Assembly: GCA_015232365.1 (NCBI GenBank)
Contig: JADFZU010000007.1
Location: 8,634-72,633, forward strand
DNA from: Magnetococcales bacterium
Lineage (GTDB): Bacteria > Pseudomonadota > Magnetococcia > Magnetococcales > JADFYX01
DNA length: 64,000 nucleotides
Reading direction: 5' to 3'
Shown: positions 27,044 through 36,172 of the stretch, in pieces
Numbering within the stretch: the first letter of the stretch is position 1
How the letters are laid out: every line of letters begins with the position of its first letter
Program-made: the position numbers and the translations under genes
Notes under the pieces: model-generated
What the model saw: the letters and a program-made list of their open reading frames with translations, nothing else
The model's database searches: none
Told to the model about the DNA's origin: nothing

Positions 27044-30000
27044 ATGAATAGGGCAGAGAGATTACGACAGAAAAAACTTTCCAAAAAAAAATCAAAATCC
27101 AACTTAATAGCAGAATCAAAGGTTGCAGATCTTCAGAAAGCCATGCAAACGGCTGTAGCGTTTCACCAATCCGGCCAGTTTGATCAAGCCATACAGTGGT
27201 ATAAAGAGACCATCAAGCTCCAACCAGATAATGTTGCAGCCCTATGTAATCTTGGCGGTATATTGCAATCGCAAAAAAGGTTGGATGAGGCAATTCCATG
27301 TCTGCAAAAAGCTATTGCCCTTAATCCTGACCTTATGGAGAGCCATTACAACCTTGGCAACTCTTTCAAAGATCAAGGAAACCTTGATGGTGCGGTTGTT
27401 TGCTACCAAAAAACTCTGGCACTTAAACCAGATTTTGCCGATGCTCACTGCAATCTTGGTATTGTATTAAAAGATCAGAACAATTTAGACGCAGCCATAA
27501 TCAACTATCAAAAAGCTATTGCCATCAAGCCGAACTTTGCCCAGGCTTATTATAATCTAGGCAACGCCTTATCAAGTCAGGGCAGTATGGATGCAGCCAT
27601 TGAATGTTACCAAAAAACTATTGCCATCAACCCCAACCATGCTCTTGCCCATAGCAACCTTGGCGTTGCCTTGGCAGACCTTGGCAGATTTGATGAGGCG
27701 GTCATATCCCTGCAAATAGCAATATCAATTAATCCTGATTTTTTAGATGCCTATAGCAACCTTGGCAACATCATGCACAAGAGAGGCAAACTTGATGAAG
27801 CAGTCGCAATTTACCAAAAAGCCATAGCAATTCAACCTGGCTTTGCGACAGCTCACTGCAATATAGGTGTTGTACTGCAAGAGCAGGGAAAATTAGATGA
27901 GGCGGTTTTAAGTTACAACAGAGCTATAGAAGCCCAGCCTGACCTTGTTACTGCTTACAACAATCTCGGAGTTGTACTCCAAGAACAAGGTAAACTTGGT
28001 GAGTCTATTGCCTGCTACCAAAAAGCTATAGCAATTCAACCAGACGACGCACAGATCTATCGCCATCTTGGGAGTGTCCACGAAGAGCAAGAGAACCTTT
28101 TTGAGGCTGCGGCCAACTACCAAAAAGCAGTCGCAATCAGACCTGATTATGATGAAGCCTACGACAGCCTTGGCAACATACTTACTCTGCAAGGGAAATT
28201 TACTGAATCTGTCATATGCTTCCAAAAAGCAATTTCCATCAACTCTGGTATTGCCAAGTACTACAATAATCTTGGCGTTGTCATGAAAGAGCAAGGATCT
28301 CTACCTGAAGCAATTACCAGTTTCCAGACAGCAGTATCATTGCAACCAGACTATCCAGAAGCCCACAGTAACCTACTGTTCTCCATGCATTATGCTAACA
28401 ATAATTTCCACAGTATTTTTAACGCACACCTTTTATGGAATGACCACCACGCTGAATACCTTCAAACATTTATCTGCCGTCATATAAAAAACCAGGATCT
28501 GGAAAAGAAATTAAATATCGGCTTTGTCTCTGGTGATTTTAGAGAACACTCTGTCAGCTATTTTCTTAAAGCACTGTTTACAAGCTATAATAGAGATAAA
28601 TTGGCATTTTACTGTTATTCCAACTCTCATAAGGAGGACTCGGTTACCGCTTTTCAGAAAAAAATGGTCGATGGCTGGCGAAATATTACCAATGCAGACG
28701 ATCAGGCGGTGGTTGAGATGATTCAAGGGGATGGTATCGATATTCTAGTGGATCTCTCTGGTCACTCTAAAAATAACCGTCTACCGGTTTTTGCCTGTAA
28801 ACCGGCTCCACTACAGGTTACATGGCTGGGTTATCCCAATACAACAGGGTTGACCACCATGGATTATAGATTTACCGACCACATTGCCGACCCTCCAGGA
28901 CAATCAGACAGGATAAATGTTGAGAAATTAATCAGGCTTCCAGATGGTTTTCTATGTTATCAACCTCAGACAGTTACTCCAGAAGTTGCTCCACTACCGT
29001 TAAAAAGCAATGGATACATTACATTTGGCAGCTTCAACAACTTAGCAAAATTAACACCGCATGTAGTAAAAATCTGGTCAAAAATTCTCAACTCCGTACC
29101 TGACTCAAAACTACTTATAAAAAACCGATCCCTGATCTGCCCAGAGGTACGCGAAAAATACCTTGCTCTCTTTGCAGCAGAGTCGATAGATGTTTCCCGG
29201 CTGATTTTACTAAAAGTCGACACTTCAACATTTGACCATCTATCCAAGTATTGCAGAGTCGATATCAGTCTGGACACATTTCCATACAATGGGACCACAA
29301 CTACTTGTGAATCTTTGTGGATGGGAGTTCCAACTATAGTGCTTCGTGGTGATAGCCACGTATCTCGTGTTGGAGCAAGCATCATGACCCATATCGGGTT
29401 GGAAGATTTAATAACAGAAAATCTTGATGAGTATGTTGAAAAAGCCAGCTCTCTTGCTAATGATGTTTGCAGACTTGAAACTCTTCGTACTGAGATGAGA
29501 AGCCGGATACAAAACTCGCCTCTTTGTGATGGAGAAGGGTTCTCTGAAAATATTGAGATGGCTTTTCGCTCTACGTGGAGAGAGTGGTGTCATAATGATA
29601 AAAAAGAGGATAAAGTTAATATTGCAGTAAATCACAAAAGGGTAGAGACTCTATCAAACGAGAATAGTTCTGCAGGAAAACCGGTAGTTAGAATAATTCA
29701 TCATCTAGCCAGGACTGGTGGAACCCTGATTTGTAAATGTATTGGCTCTATGGACAATGTAGTCCTTCTCAGTGAGATTAACCCTCGAGGCAGCCATTTT
29801 TTCAATCCGCTGGATCAGGCCGCAAAGTGGCATGGTTTAGTTCCTGAATTTGAACATGAGGCACATATTGCCAACCGGCCTGAATCATTCATTGCAGCTA
29901 TAGAGCAGATTCAGCAAAGTTGCCAGAAACAGGGGAAAACTCTATTAATACGGGATTGGACATGGTTGGATTTTATAGGCTACCCCTTTAGGAAACCCCT

Positions 30001-30457
30001 ATACAACTTGAACTTAGCAGATGTTCTGTCTGAACGCTTTACAATAAAAAGTGCCATTACTGTCCGTCACCCTCTTGATCAATGGCTCAGTATTTCGGCA
30101 TTTAATCCGAATAAATTTCCTTTAATGGACAAAAAAATATTAGACCATGTACTCTATGGATCAAGACGATTTAGCGAAAAATGTACAGAAAGAGATTTCA
30201 TTAAATATGAGGATTTTACCAAAAACCCTGATCTGCAGCTAAAATCTATTTGTAGTCAATTAGATATAGAGTTTGATATCGAGTATAAAAAACGTTGGCA
30301 GCACTATTCATTAATTACTGGTGACCGCAGCGGAACTCGTGGTAAAGGCTCTATTGCCTCCATGCCCCGACGGCAAGTGGATAATGAACTACTTGCCATC
30401 ATAAACAGCAACCCCGACTACCACGCCATACTTGATATGTTGCAGTACAAAGAATAA
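27044..30457 (+). CDS. Triple-fusion protein: ~13 TPR repeats + GT41 (SPINDLY/OGT-like) glycosyltransferase + C-terminal sulfotransferase-like domain
   Basis: 1137 aa. It carries repeated 34-aa units (A..Y.KAIAI.P.FA.A..NLG). The GT41-like core has LNIGFVSGDFREHSVSYF, ILVDLSGHSKNNRLPVFACKPAPLQVTWLGYPNTTG and FGSFNNLAKL. The last ~290 aa contain a PAPS-loop-like HHLARTGGTL and a VRHPLDQWLS (RxPxDxxxS) motif. Confidence 0.8.
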   Translation: MNRAERLRQKKLSKKKSKSNLIAESKVADLQKAMQTAVAFHQSGQFDQAIQWYKETIKLQPDNVAALCNLGGILQSQKRLDEAIPCLQKAIALNPDLMESHYNLGNSFKDQGNLDGAVVCYQKTLALKPDFADAHCNLGIVLKDQNNLDAAIINYQKAIAIKPNFAQAYYNLGNALSSQGSMDAAIECYQKTIAINPNHALAHSNLGVALADLGRFDEAVISLQIAISINPDFLDAYSNLGNIMHKRGKLDEAVAIYQKAIAIQPGFATAHCNIGVVLQEQGKLDEAVLSYNRAIEAQPDLVTAYNNLGVVLQEQGKLGESIACYQKAIAIQPDDAQIYRHLGSVHEEQENLFEAAANYQKAVAIRPDYDEAYDSLGNILTLQGKFTESVICFQKAISINSGIAKYYNNLGVVMKEQGSLPEAITSFQTAVSLQPDYPEAHSNLLFSMHYANNNFHSIFNAHLLWNDHHAEYLQTFICRHIKNQDLEKKLNIGFVSGDFREHSVSYFLKALFTSYNRDKLAFYCYSNSHKEDSVTAFQKKMVDGWRNITNADDQAVVEMIQGDGIDILVDLSGHSKNNRLPVFACKPAPLQVTWLGYPNTTGLTTMDYRFTDHIADPPGQSDRINVEKLIRLPDGFLCYQPQTVTPEVAPLPLKSNGYITFGSFNNLAKLTPHVVKIWSKILNSVPDSKLLIKNRSLICPEVREKYLALFAAESIDVSRLILLKVDTSTFDHLSKYCRVDISLDTFPYNGTTTTCESLWMGVPTIVLRGDSHVSRVGASIMTHIGLEDLITENLDEYVEKASSLANDVCRLETLRTEMRSRIQNSPLCDGEGFSENIEMAFRSTWREWCHNDKKEDKVNIAVNHKRVETLSNENSSAGKPVVRIIHHLARTGGTLICKCIGSMDNVVLLSEINPRGSHFFNPLDQAAKWHGLVPEFEHEAHIANRPESFIAAIEQIQQSCQKQGKTLLIRDWTWLDFIGYPFRKPLYNLNLADVLSERFTIKSAITVRHPLDQWLSISAFNPNKFPLMDKKILDHVLYGSRRFSEKCTERDFIKYEDFTKNPDLQLKSICSQLDIEFDIEYKKRWQHYSLITGDRSGTRGKGSIASMPRRQVDNELLAIINSNPDYHAILDMLQYKE

Positions 30458-30526
30458 CGCTCAAACCAACTCACACAGCATTATTATTTTTCAGAAAATT
30501 AAACCCAGGAACAGCAGTTGAAAACT

Positions 30527-32398
30527 CTAACCTGGAGCAAGTTCAATATCAAAAGGGGCGGTAATTCCTAAAGAGCTTAGGAGTTTTGCTTGTCGATTAT
30601 ATTTTGTCAGCTCGTCATCTCTCCCCAATTTTTTCAATCTGGCTTCCATCTGGTAAAACAGATCTTGGTTGTAGGGGTTGCCGTTTATCGCCAGTTTTAA
30701 TGTGTTGATCGCACTCTCTTCTCTGTTCAGATGGTCTAATAGGCTTACCATGATGCTCCAGGCCAGATCATGGCCCATATCTATATTGACGACTGCCTGG
30801 CAAATTTCAAACACCTCAGAAATCAAAGCAACCGGCACACTGTTGTTGTTTGATTGCAGTACCGCACTCAGCTTGTCATTAAGCTGTTTTAGCTCTTTAG
30901 TTGCATAAGCTCTGAAACGGATAGGAATCCTATGAAGCTGATTGCAATACTTGCATGAAATCCTGTTGATAATTCCTGCTTTAAAGGTAAAACCTTTAAA
31001 CATCAGCTCTTTTTTACAGTGAGGACAGATGCTCCGCATATTGAATGAACCTGTAGAAGTTTGACTCAACTCCAAAATTCGCCCGGGAAAACCAAATGCC
31101 TGGATATAATGAGGAACAATTTCTGTTCTAAGAGTCTCATACTCTTGGTCGGTCATGGTCGTAGCATTGATCTGGGAGTTACCTGACATGATAAACTCTA
31201 GAGGATCTTTGATCAGCCCCTTTGCTAAAGCATCTTCATAAATTGTCGTACCTGGATTATAGCCGATAAAATCAGTACGCAGATCAAAATGGTTGTTCTT
31301 GGCCCACCACTCCAGAGACTCTAGGCTGGTCTCCATTGTTTCTGCCGGATCGCCAAATATCAGATTGGCAAATGTGGTTATTTTAGACTCATACATTAAA
31401 TCCAATGCATTGGCTAAAGCCTCAAAATTAGTGCTTTTCTTCATACTATCCAATACTGTAGGACTCATACTTTCAATACCAAAGCTGATGGTAACACAGC
31501 CACTTTCCTTCATAATTTTCAAGTTTTCAGCCGTGACCTGCTCAACCCGCAAAGAACATTTCCAGCGTAAATTTAATGGCCGGATTCGTTCACAAAAATC
31601 CCTAAGATTTTGTGGCTTAAGACAGAAAATATCATCGTAGATTGATACTGTATTGATTTTAAAACGGTCGATTAGGTACTCAAGCTCTTTGAACACGTCA
31701 TCCATAGATCTGGTACGGTAGCGTCGACCAGTAATTTCATGACAACAGAAGGTGCAGCTAAAAGGGCAGCCACGACTGGTCAAGAATGGCAAAACCCGAG
31801 CACCTGGTTCAACGATAAGGCCGGGTATCAACTCTCCCGGATTGTGCAAACCTGAATAAACTTCAAGTCCAATGCCTTCCCAATCAATCCAAGGCAGCTT
31901 ATCTAGCTCGGTCTCTATTGGCCGAGGTGCAGTCTGTATTAGTTTTCTACCAACCTCCCAATATATGAGACCGTTGACCGTTTTCAGATCTTTTCCCGAC
32001 TCAAGAGCCTCGACCAATTCGACAGTTGTATACTCCCCTTCGCCAACAACACCTATATCAGCTTCTGGAATGGCGCTCATGGTAACCTCTGGGTGGTTGA
32101 ACATTGCAACTCCACCAACAACAATAACTCCATGTGGAAGCATGGGGCGGGCCGTTACCACTATCTCTCTAATTTGTCTCATATGAAAAGACATGCCACC
32201 AACACCAAGCATTTGGGGCTGGAACTCTTTTATAGACTGCAACAACTGTGTTTTAAGCGGCTCGTTGGAATGATTTGGGTTGAGGACATGGACATCATGG
32301 CCGGCACGTTTAAGACTGGCAGAGACATACCCGACTCCTAGGGAGATTTGATAGGTTTTCATGGAGGTTTCTTGAACTATAACCAGGAGAATTCGCAT
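30527..32398 (-). CDS. B12-binding-domain radical SAM protein with C-terminal zinc-ribbon and helical extension
   Basis: 623 aa. N-terminal Rossmann-like B12-binding region (ISLGVGYVSASLKRAGHDVHVL, VVGGVAMFNHPE). Radical SAM cluster motif LTSRGCPFSCTFCC. C-terminal CPHCKK...(21)...CKYCNQ. Confidence 0.85.
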   Translation of the reverse strand: MRILLVIVQETSMKTYQISLGVGYVSASLKRAGHDVHVLNPNHSNEPLKTQLLQSIKEFQPQMLGVGGMSFHMRQIREIVVTARPMLPHGVIVVGGVAMFNHPEVTMSAIPEADIGVVGEGEYTTVELVEALESGKDLKTVNGLIYWEVGRKLIQTAPRPIETELDKLPWIDWEGIGLEVYSGLHNPGELIPGLIVEPGARVLPFLTSRGCPFSCTFCCHEITGRRYRTRSMDDVFKELEYLIDRFKINTVSIYDDIFCLKPQNLRDFCERIRPLNLRWKCSLRVEQVTAENLKIMKESGCVTISFGIESMSPTVLDSMKKSTNFEALANALDLMYESKITTFANLIFGDPAETMETSLESLEWWAKNNHFDLRTDFIGYNPGTTIYEDALAKGLIKDPLEFIMSGNSQINATTMTDQEYETLRTEIVPHYIQAFGFPGRILELSQTSTGSFNMRSICPHCKKELMFKGFTFKAGIINRISCKYCNQLHRIPIRFRAYATKELKQLNDKLSAVLQSNNNSVPVALISEVFEICQAVVNIDMGHDLAWSIMVSLLDHLNREESAINTLKLAINGNPYNQDLFYQMEARLKKLGRDDELTKYNRQAKLLSSLGITAPFDIELAPG

Positions 32399-32706
32399 TC
32401 CATAATCCTTATCTATTGGTCTCTTTTGTCAATGCCGGTTTTTTCTCTAATCATTTGCCGTTAGATTCCATAAATTGTAGATATTATCGTTTAAAGATCT
32501 GCTTAACAAAGAAATTATTCCTGAGAGTGCCGTACTACCAGTAAACGTACCAGAAGTGTCAGTTTCAGGCTCCAGACAACAAAAAAGGACTCTTCCGCTA
32601 AAGAAAAGCCCTTAATTATTAAGTTGGTACAAAAAATGGGAGTCTAACTCTCTAGCCATGGAGCAGGGATCTGGATAGATAGTTTACGAACCTGTTATAA
32701 TTTAAA

Positions 32707-32791
32707 TGGTGCGGGTGAGAAGACTCGAACTTCCACGGCGTAAGCCACTGGTTCCTAAGACCAGCGTGTATACCAATTTCACCACACCCGC
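32707..32791 (-). tRNA. tRNA-Leu (anticodon UAG), type II with long variable arm, encoded CCA
   Basis: The reverse complement reads GCGGGTG TG GTGAAATTGGTATACAC G CTGGT CTTAGGA ACCAG TGGCTTACGCCGTG GAAGTTCGAGTCTTC TCACCCGC ACCA. It has a 7-bp acceptor stem, an anticodon loop CU-UAG-GA and a TTCGAGT T-loop. Confidence 0.9.
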
Positions 32792-32896
32792 ACACTAACC
32801 GGGACATTATCAGGACACTCTAGCAGCGTCAAGGGATACACTAGACTAGCCTTTATAAAATTACGTCTTGGTTAAACTCTGATCCCGGGCACTCCC

Positions 32897-33346
32897 CTAC
32901 TCTCCTTTTAAAATCCTAGCTTTATCACGGTTCCAGTCCCTCTGCTGCATGGTTTTTCGTTTGTCATGGAGTTTTTTACCACGACCTATACCCAACTCAA
33001 TTTTTACCTTGCCACTCTTCCAGTAGGCTTTTAATGGGATCAAACTCAACCCTTTCTCTTTGGTCAAGCCAATTAGTCGCTGAATCTCCTTGCGGTGAGC
33101 CAGTAGTTTACGCACTCTAAGAGGATCGTGGTTATTACTATTACCGTGGCTGTACATCGGTATATTGGCACTGTGCAAAAACAGCTCGGCGTTTCGCACC
33201 TGGGCATAGGAATCACCAAGGGTTAGTTTTCCGGCACGCAAAGATTTCACCTCTGTTCCCAGCAACATTATGCCTGCTTCAAATTTATCGATAATCTCAT
33301 AATTAAAACGTGCTTTACGGTTATCGGCTATTATTTTAATGCCCAT
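32897..33346 (-). CDS. smpB: SsrA-binding protein SmpB
   Basis: 149 aa. IADNRKARFNYEI, GTEVKSLR and KAYWKSGKVKIELGIGRGKKLHDKR. Confidence 0.93.
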   Translation of the reverse strand: MGIKIIADNRKARFNYEIIDKFEAGIMLLGTEVKSLRAGKLTLGDSYAQVRNAELFLHSANIPMYSHGNSNNHDPLRVRKLLAHRKEIQRLIGLTKEKGLSLIPLKAYWKSGKVKIELGIGRGKKLHDKRKTMQQRDWNRDKARILKGE

Positions 33347-33364
33347 TATAGGTCCCTAGGAGAG

Positions 33365-34222
33365 CTATTTTAGAGTTCGCAGGTAGGTAAGCAGGTTCTC
33401 TCGATGCTTTGGATTGCTAACTCCAGAAAACAACATTTTGGTACCGGGAACAAATGCTTTGGGGTTGGTTAAATAGGTGTTGAGGTTATTGGTACTCCAC
33501 ACCATATCTTCCGCTGCTTTTTTCTGCATAGCCTCTGAATATTGGAAACTAACAACTCCGCCAGCCGGTCGGCCGACAATACCAAACAGAGGCGGCCCAA
33601 CAATATTTTTTTTCCGTTTTGATAGATCGTGGCAAGCAGAACATTTCTCAGCAACAATTGCTCCCATCTTAACCCGAACGCTATAGCTGCTAGAGTCGCC
33701 ATCAGTACTGGAGGAGAACTGGGCCTGATCAATGAGAGGACGAAAGACTTTGCTGCTGCTATTTTTGTCTTGCAGGGTTTTGATATATTCCAGCAACGCC
33801 CAACGCTCTTCATCAACCTTGATTCCTGCAAAAGCCATACGATTGCCAGGAATAAAAGCTTTGGGGTTGGTCAGATAAAAATCAAGGTTTTCTTGGGTCC
33901 AGACCAGACCGGCATCTACCGCTTTTAAGTGTGCCTTGGAATATTTGTAATCTGGGGCTGAGCCAGCTCGGTTATTGTAAATACCCCAGAGTGGTGGTCC
34001 GACTAAAGATGTCCGTTTTGCACTGGTAAAATCGTGACAAGCTGTACAGTTGCGAGAGACTCTTTTACCACGCTCTACCTGGGTAATTACTGATGAGACA
34101 TTGTTGTTGCTACCATCAGCACTAAATTTATCAGAAAAAAATTGAAAAAAGATTACAAGTGCAGCCACCCCTAAGATGGTTAGAAGTATAGTATGAAAAT
34201 CCTTGTTTCCAGTATCTGACAT
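33365..34222 (-). CDS. Membrane-anchored dihaem c-type cytochrome (two cytochrome c2-like domains)
   Basis: 285 aa. N-terminal TM helix (ILLTILGVAALVIFFQFF). Two CxxCH sites (CTACHDF, CSACHDL). Each is followed by the c2-type PGxxM(A/L)F(A/S)G(I/V) Met-ligand region and a YL.TL terminus. Confidence 0.8.
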   Translation of the reverse strand: MSDTGNKDFHTILLTILGVAALVIFFQFFSDKFSADGSNNNVSSVITQVERGKRVSRNCTACHDFTSAKRTSLVGPPLWGIYNNRAGSAPDYKYSKAHLKAVDAGLVWTQENLDFYLTNPKAFIPGNRMAFAGIKVDEERWALLEYIKTLQDKNSSSKVFRPLIDQAQFSSSTDGDSSSYSVRVKMGAIVAEKCSACHDLSKRKKNIVGPPLFGIVGRPAGGVVSFQYSEAMQKKAAEDMVWSTNNLNTYLTNPKAFVPGTKMLFSGVSNPKHRENLLTYLRTLK

Positions 34223-34314
34223 GGTTTACAACGCACTAAAAAAAGAGTGATTAGCCACAAAAAAAATAGAGAGCAAGCAACGCCGCCCTCTATCACAACA
34301 TGTCCTGCAAGCTT

Positions 34315-34486
34315 TTAACCTATATTCGGCAGCTGGGCGAACATAACGATGCAACATATTGGTTTGTCTGGTGAATCAGTTAAAATCGCAATCACCTAGT
34401 TGGTGACAAGGTTTTTTCATGATCTGTCAGTTAAATCAGTAAATTGCACTAGGCGTGCACGCCTCCAACAACTGTTTCCAGGTTAA
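34315..34486. repeat. Copy A of a ~160-170-bp intergenic repeat with terminal inverted repeats (MITE-like)
   Basis: It shares a long alignable core with 37121-37277 (e.g. acatattggttt-N3-tggtgaatcag is identical). Left end ttaacctatattcggcagctggg. Right end ccaacaactgtttccaggttaa is its imperfect inverse. The end motif ctgccgaatatag recurs at 54861-54873. Confidence 0.6.
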
Positions 34487-34489
34487 TGA

Positions 34490-34517
34490 CCCGGATATCT
34501 ACTGCTAGATATCCGGG
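34490..34517 (-). terminator. 12-bp perfect hairpin 34 nt downstream of the cytochrome c gene stop
   Basis: cccggatatcta (34490-34501), loop ctgc, then tagatatccggg (34506-34517). There is no clear U-tract, so the terminator function is tentative. Confidence 0.45.
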
Positions 34518-34550
34518 CTATATTATAAACCAGATACTAAAAGCAGCAAT

Positions 34551-34964
34551 CTATATTTCTTTCAAGAAGGCGATCAGATCAGCACGATCTCCAGATTTCT
34601 TAACACCAGCAAAAGACATTTTGGTTTTCTTGATGAATTTTTTTGGTTTTTTCAAAAATTTATCCAGGTTCTCTTCACTCCAAACCAGACCACCTTCCGC
34701 GGCTTCTTTCATACCTTTGGAGTATTTAAAACCAGCAACCTGACCAGCTTTTTTGTCAACAATGCCACCAGCCAAGCTTGGGCCAATTTTACCTTTTTTC
34801 TTGATTTTAGATCCCATGTCATGGCACATGGCACATTTTTTCTTGGCATACTTCATTCCTGCACCAGCATCACCAGCATAGGAAGGAGAGGAAGCAAAAG
34901 AGAGTGAAATCATGGCAGCAAAGAGAGTAAGAGCAATTTTCTTCATGGTATTTCCTTGTATCAA
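34551..34964 (-). CDS. Periplasmic monohaem cytochrome c (mitochondrial/c2 type)
   Basis: 137 aa. It has a signal peptide. CAMCHDM and GFKYSKGMKEAAEGGLVWSEENLDKFLKKPKKFIKKTKMSFAGVKKSGDRADLIAFLK closely follow the cytochrome c/c2 pattern. Confidence 0.85.
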   Translation of the reverse strand: MIQGNTMKKIALTLFAAMISLSFASSPSYAGDAGAGMKYAKKKCAMCHDMGSKIKKKGKIGPSLAGGIVDKKAGQVAGFKYSKGMKEAAEGGLVWSEENLDKFLKKPKKFIKKTKMSFAGVKKSGDRADLIAFLKEI

Positions 34965-35086
34965 AAAATTATAAAAAAAAACCGGTTATATAGTTACGAA
35001 GCTAAAAAAATTATTAAAATTCCTCAAGCCGAGAAGAGCAACAACATTTTAGTACCCGCCAGCTACCAAAAGTTCACTGATAAATT

Positions 35087-35962
35087 TTAATTAATCAGCT
35101 CTAGTGCTTCCATGGCCTCTCTTAGTGGCCCACGACTCTCCTCGGATAGCTCAGTAAGAGGCAGCCGAAGTTCTGGACCACACAGCCCCATCATATTAAT
35201 CGCAGCTTTTATGGGAATCGGGTTGGTCTCACAAAAAAGCAGACCGTTTAAATCCAGTAAATTTTGATGATAGCGGTGGGCTGTTGCCCAATCTCCAGAT
35301 TTCCATGCTCGCCAAAGAGCAACCATGGCCCTGGGAACAATATTGGCACAGACCGAAATTACCCCACCGCCTCCTACCGCTAAAAATGGTAGGAAGGTAG
35401 CATCGTCACCTGAAATCAGGGTTAAACCATCACCACACTGTTTATGAATGATTGAGGCCCGTTCCATGTTGGCAGTCGCCTCTTTAACAGCGACAATGTT
35501 GGAAATTTCAGCCAAACGGATAATGGTCGAAGCATCCATATCAAGAGCAGTTCGGCCAGGTACATTATAGAGAACTATAGGCAGGTCAACAGCATTGGCA
35601 ACAGCTTTATAGTGCTGGTAAAGCCCTTCCTGGGTAGGTTTATTATAGTATGGGGTGATAAGCAAAGCCCCATCAGCACCAACCTCTTTGGCGAATTTAG
35701 TAAGTTCAATAGACTCAGCAGTCGCGTTGGAGCCGGTTCCGGCAATAACAGGAACCCGTCCTGCCACCAGTTCGACGCAGAAACGAATAACCTCTTTATG
35801 TTCTTCATGGGAGAGGGTCGCCGACTCACCGGTTGTACCGCAAGGAACAACACCACAAATTCCTTGCTCAAGCTGGTACTCCACCAACCTGGCAAAAGCT
35901 TCCTGGTCAAAACGCCCGTTGGTAAATGGCGTAATCAACGCCGAATAGACACCTTCAAACAT
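35087..35962 (-). CDS. dapA: 4-hydroxy-tetrahydrodipicolinate synthase
   Basis: GVVPCGTTGESATLS, YNVPGRT and VAVKEATAN. I prefer the start MFEGVYSALITPF at 35962; the track's longer ORF to 36031 adds a hydrophobic 23-aa extension that is unlikely for DapA. Confidence 0.9.
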   Translation of the reverse strand: MFEGVYSALITPFTNGRFDQEAFARLVEYQLEQGICGVVPCGTTGESATLSHEEHKEVIRFCVELVAGRVPVIAGTGSNATAESIELTKFAKEVGADGALLITPYYNKPTQEGLYQHYKAVANAVDLPIVLYNVPGRTALDMDASTIIRLAEISNIVAVKEATANMERASIIHKQCGDGLTLISGDDATFLPFLAVGGGGVISVCANIVPRAMVALWRAWKSGDWATAHRYHQNLLDLNGLLFCETNPIPIKAAINMMGLCGPELRLPLTELSEESRGPLREAMEALELIN

Positions 35963-36172
35963 GGGAAAACCCGTAAAAAACTGAAAGAAAACCAAGGTCA
36001 AAAAAACAAAAAAAGAACAATCACACCACAACTAAAAGCAGGGTATATAATAAAATAACGGAATTGCTACTCAGTAACAAGCCCGGATATTAATTAACTG
36101 CTAATATTGACGTTTAACTGCTGTTATACAAAGAAATTTTTAACACAAGATTCTGCAACCAAAGAAATAAGC

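Noticed and set aside
32399-32896. Searched for tmRNA (ssrA) next to smpB.
   Set aside because: The only tRNA-like acceptor/T-arm in the area belongs to a complete tRNA-Leu. I saw no alanine-type acceptor with a tag ORF and no ...TCCACCA end.
34372-34420. Within the repeat element, ggtgaat / attcacc / ggtga segments followed by a T-run look like alternative antiterminator and terminator hairpins of a riboswitch or attenuator.
   Set aside because: The stems are only 5-7 bp. There is no plus-strand gene downstream of either copy. The terminal inverted repeats and a third partial copy fit a mobile repeat better. I keep this only as an alternative inside the repeat-family finding.
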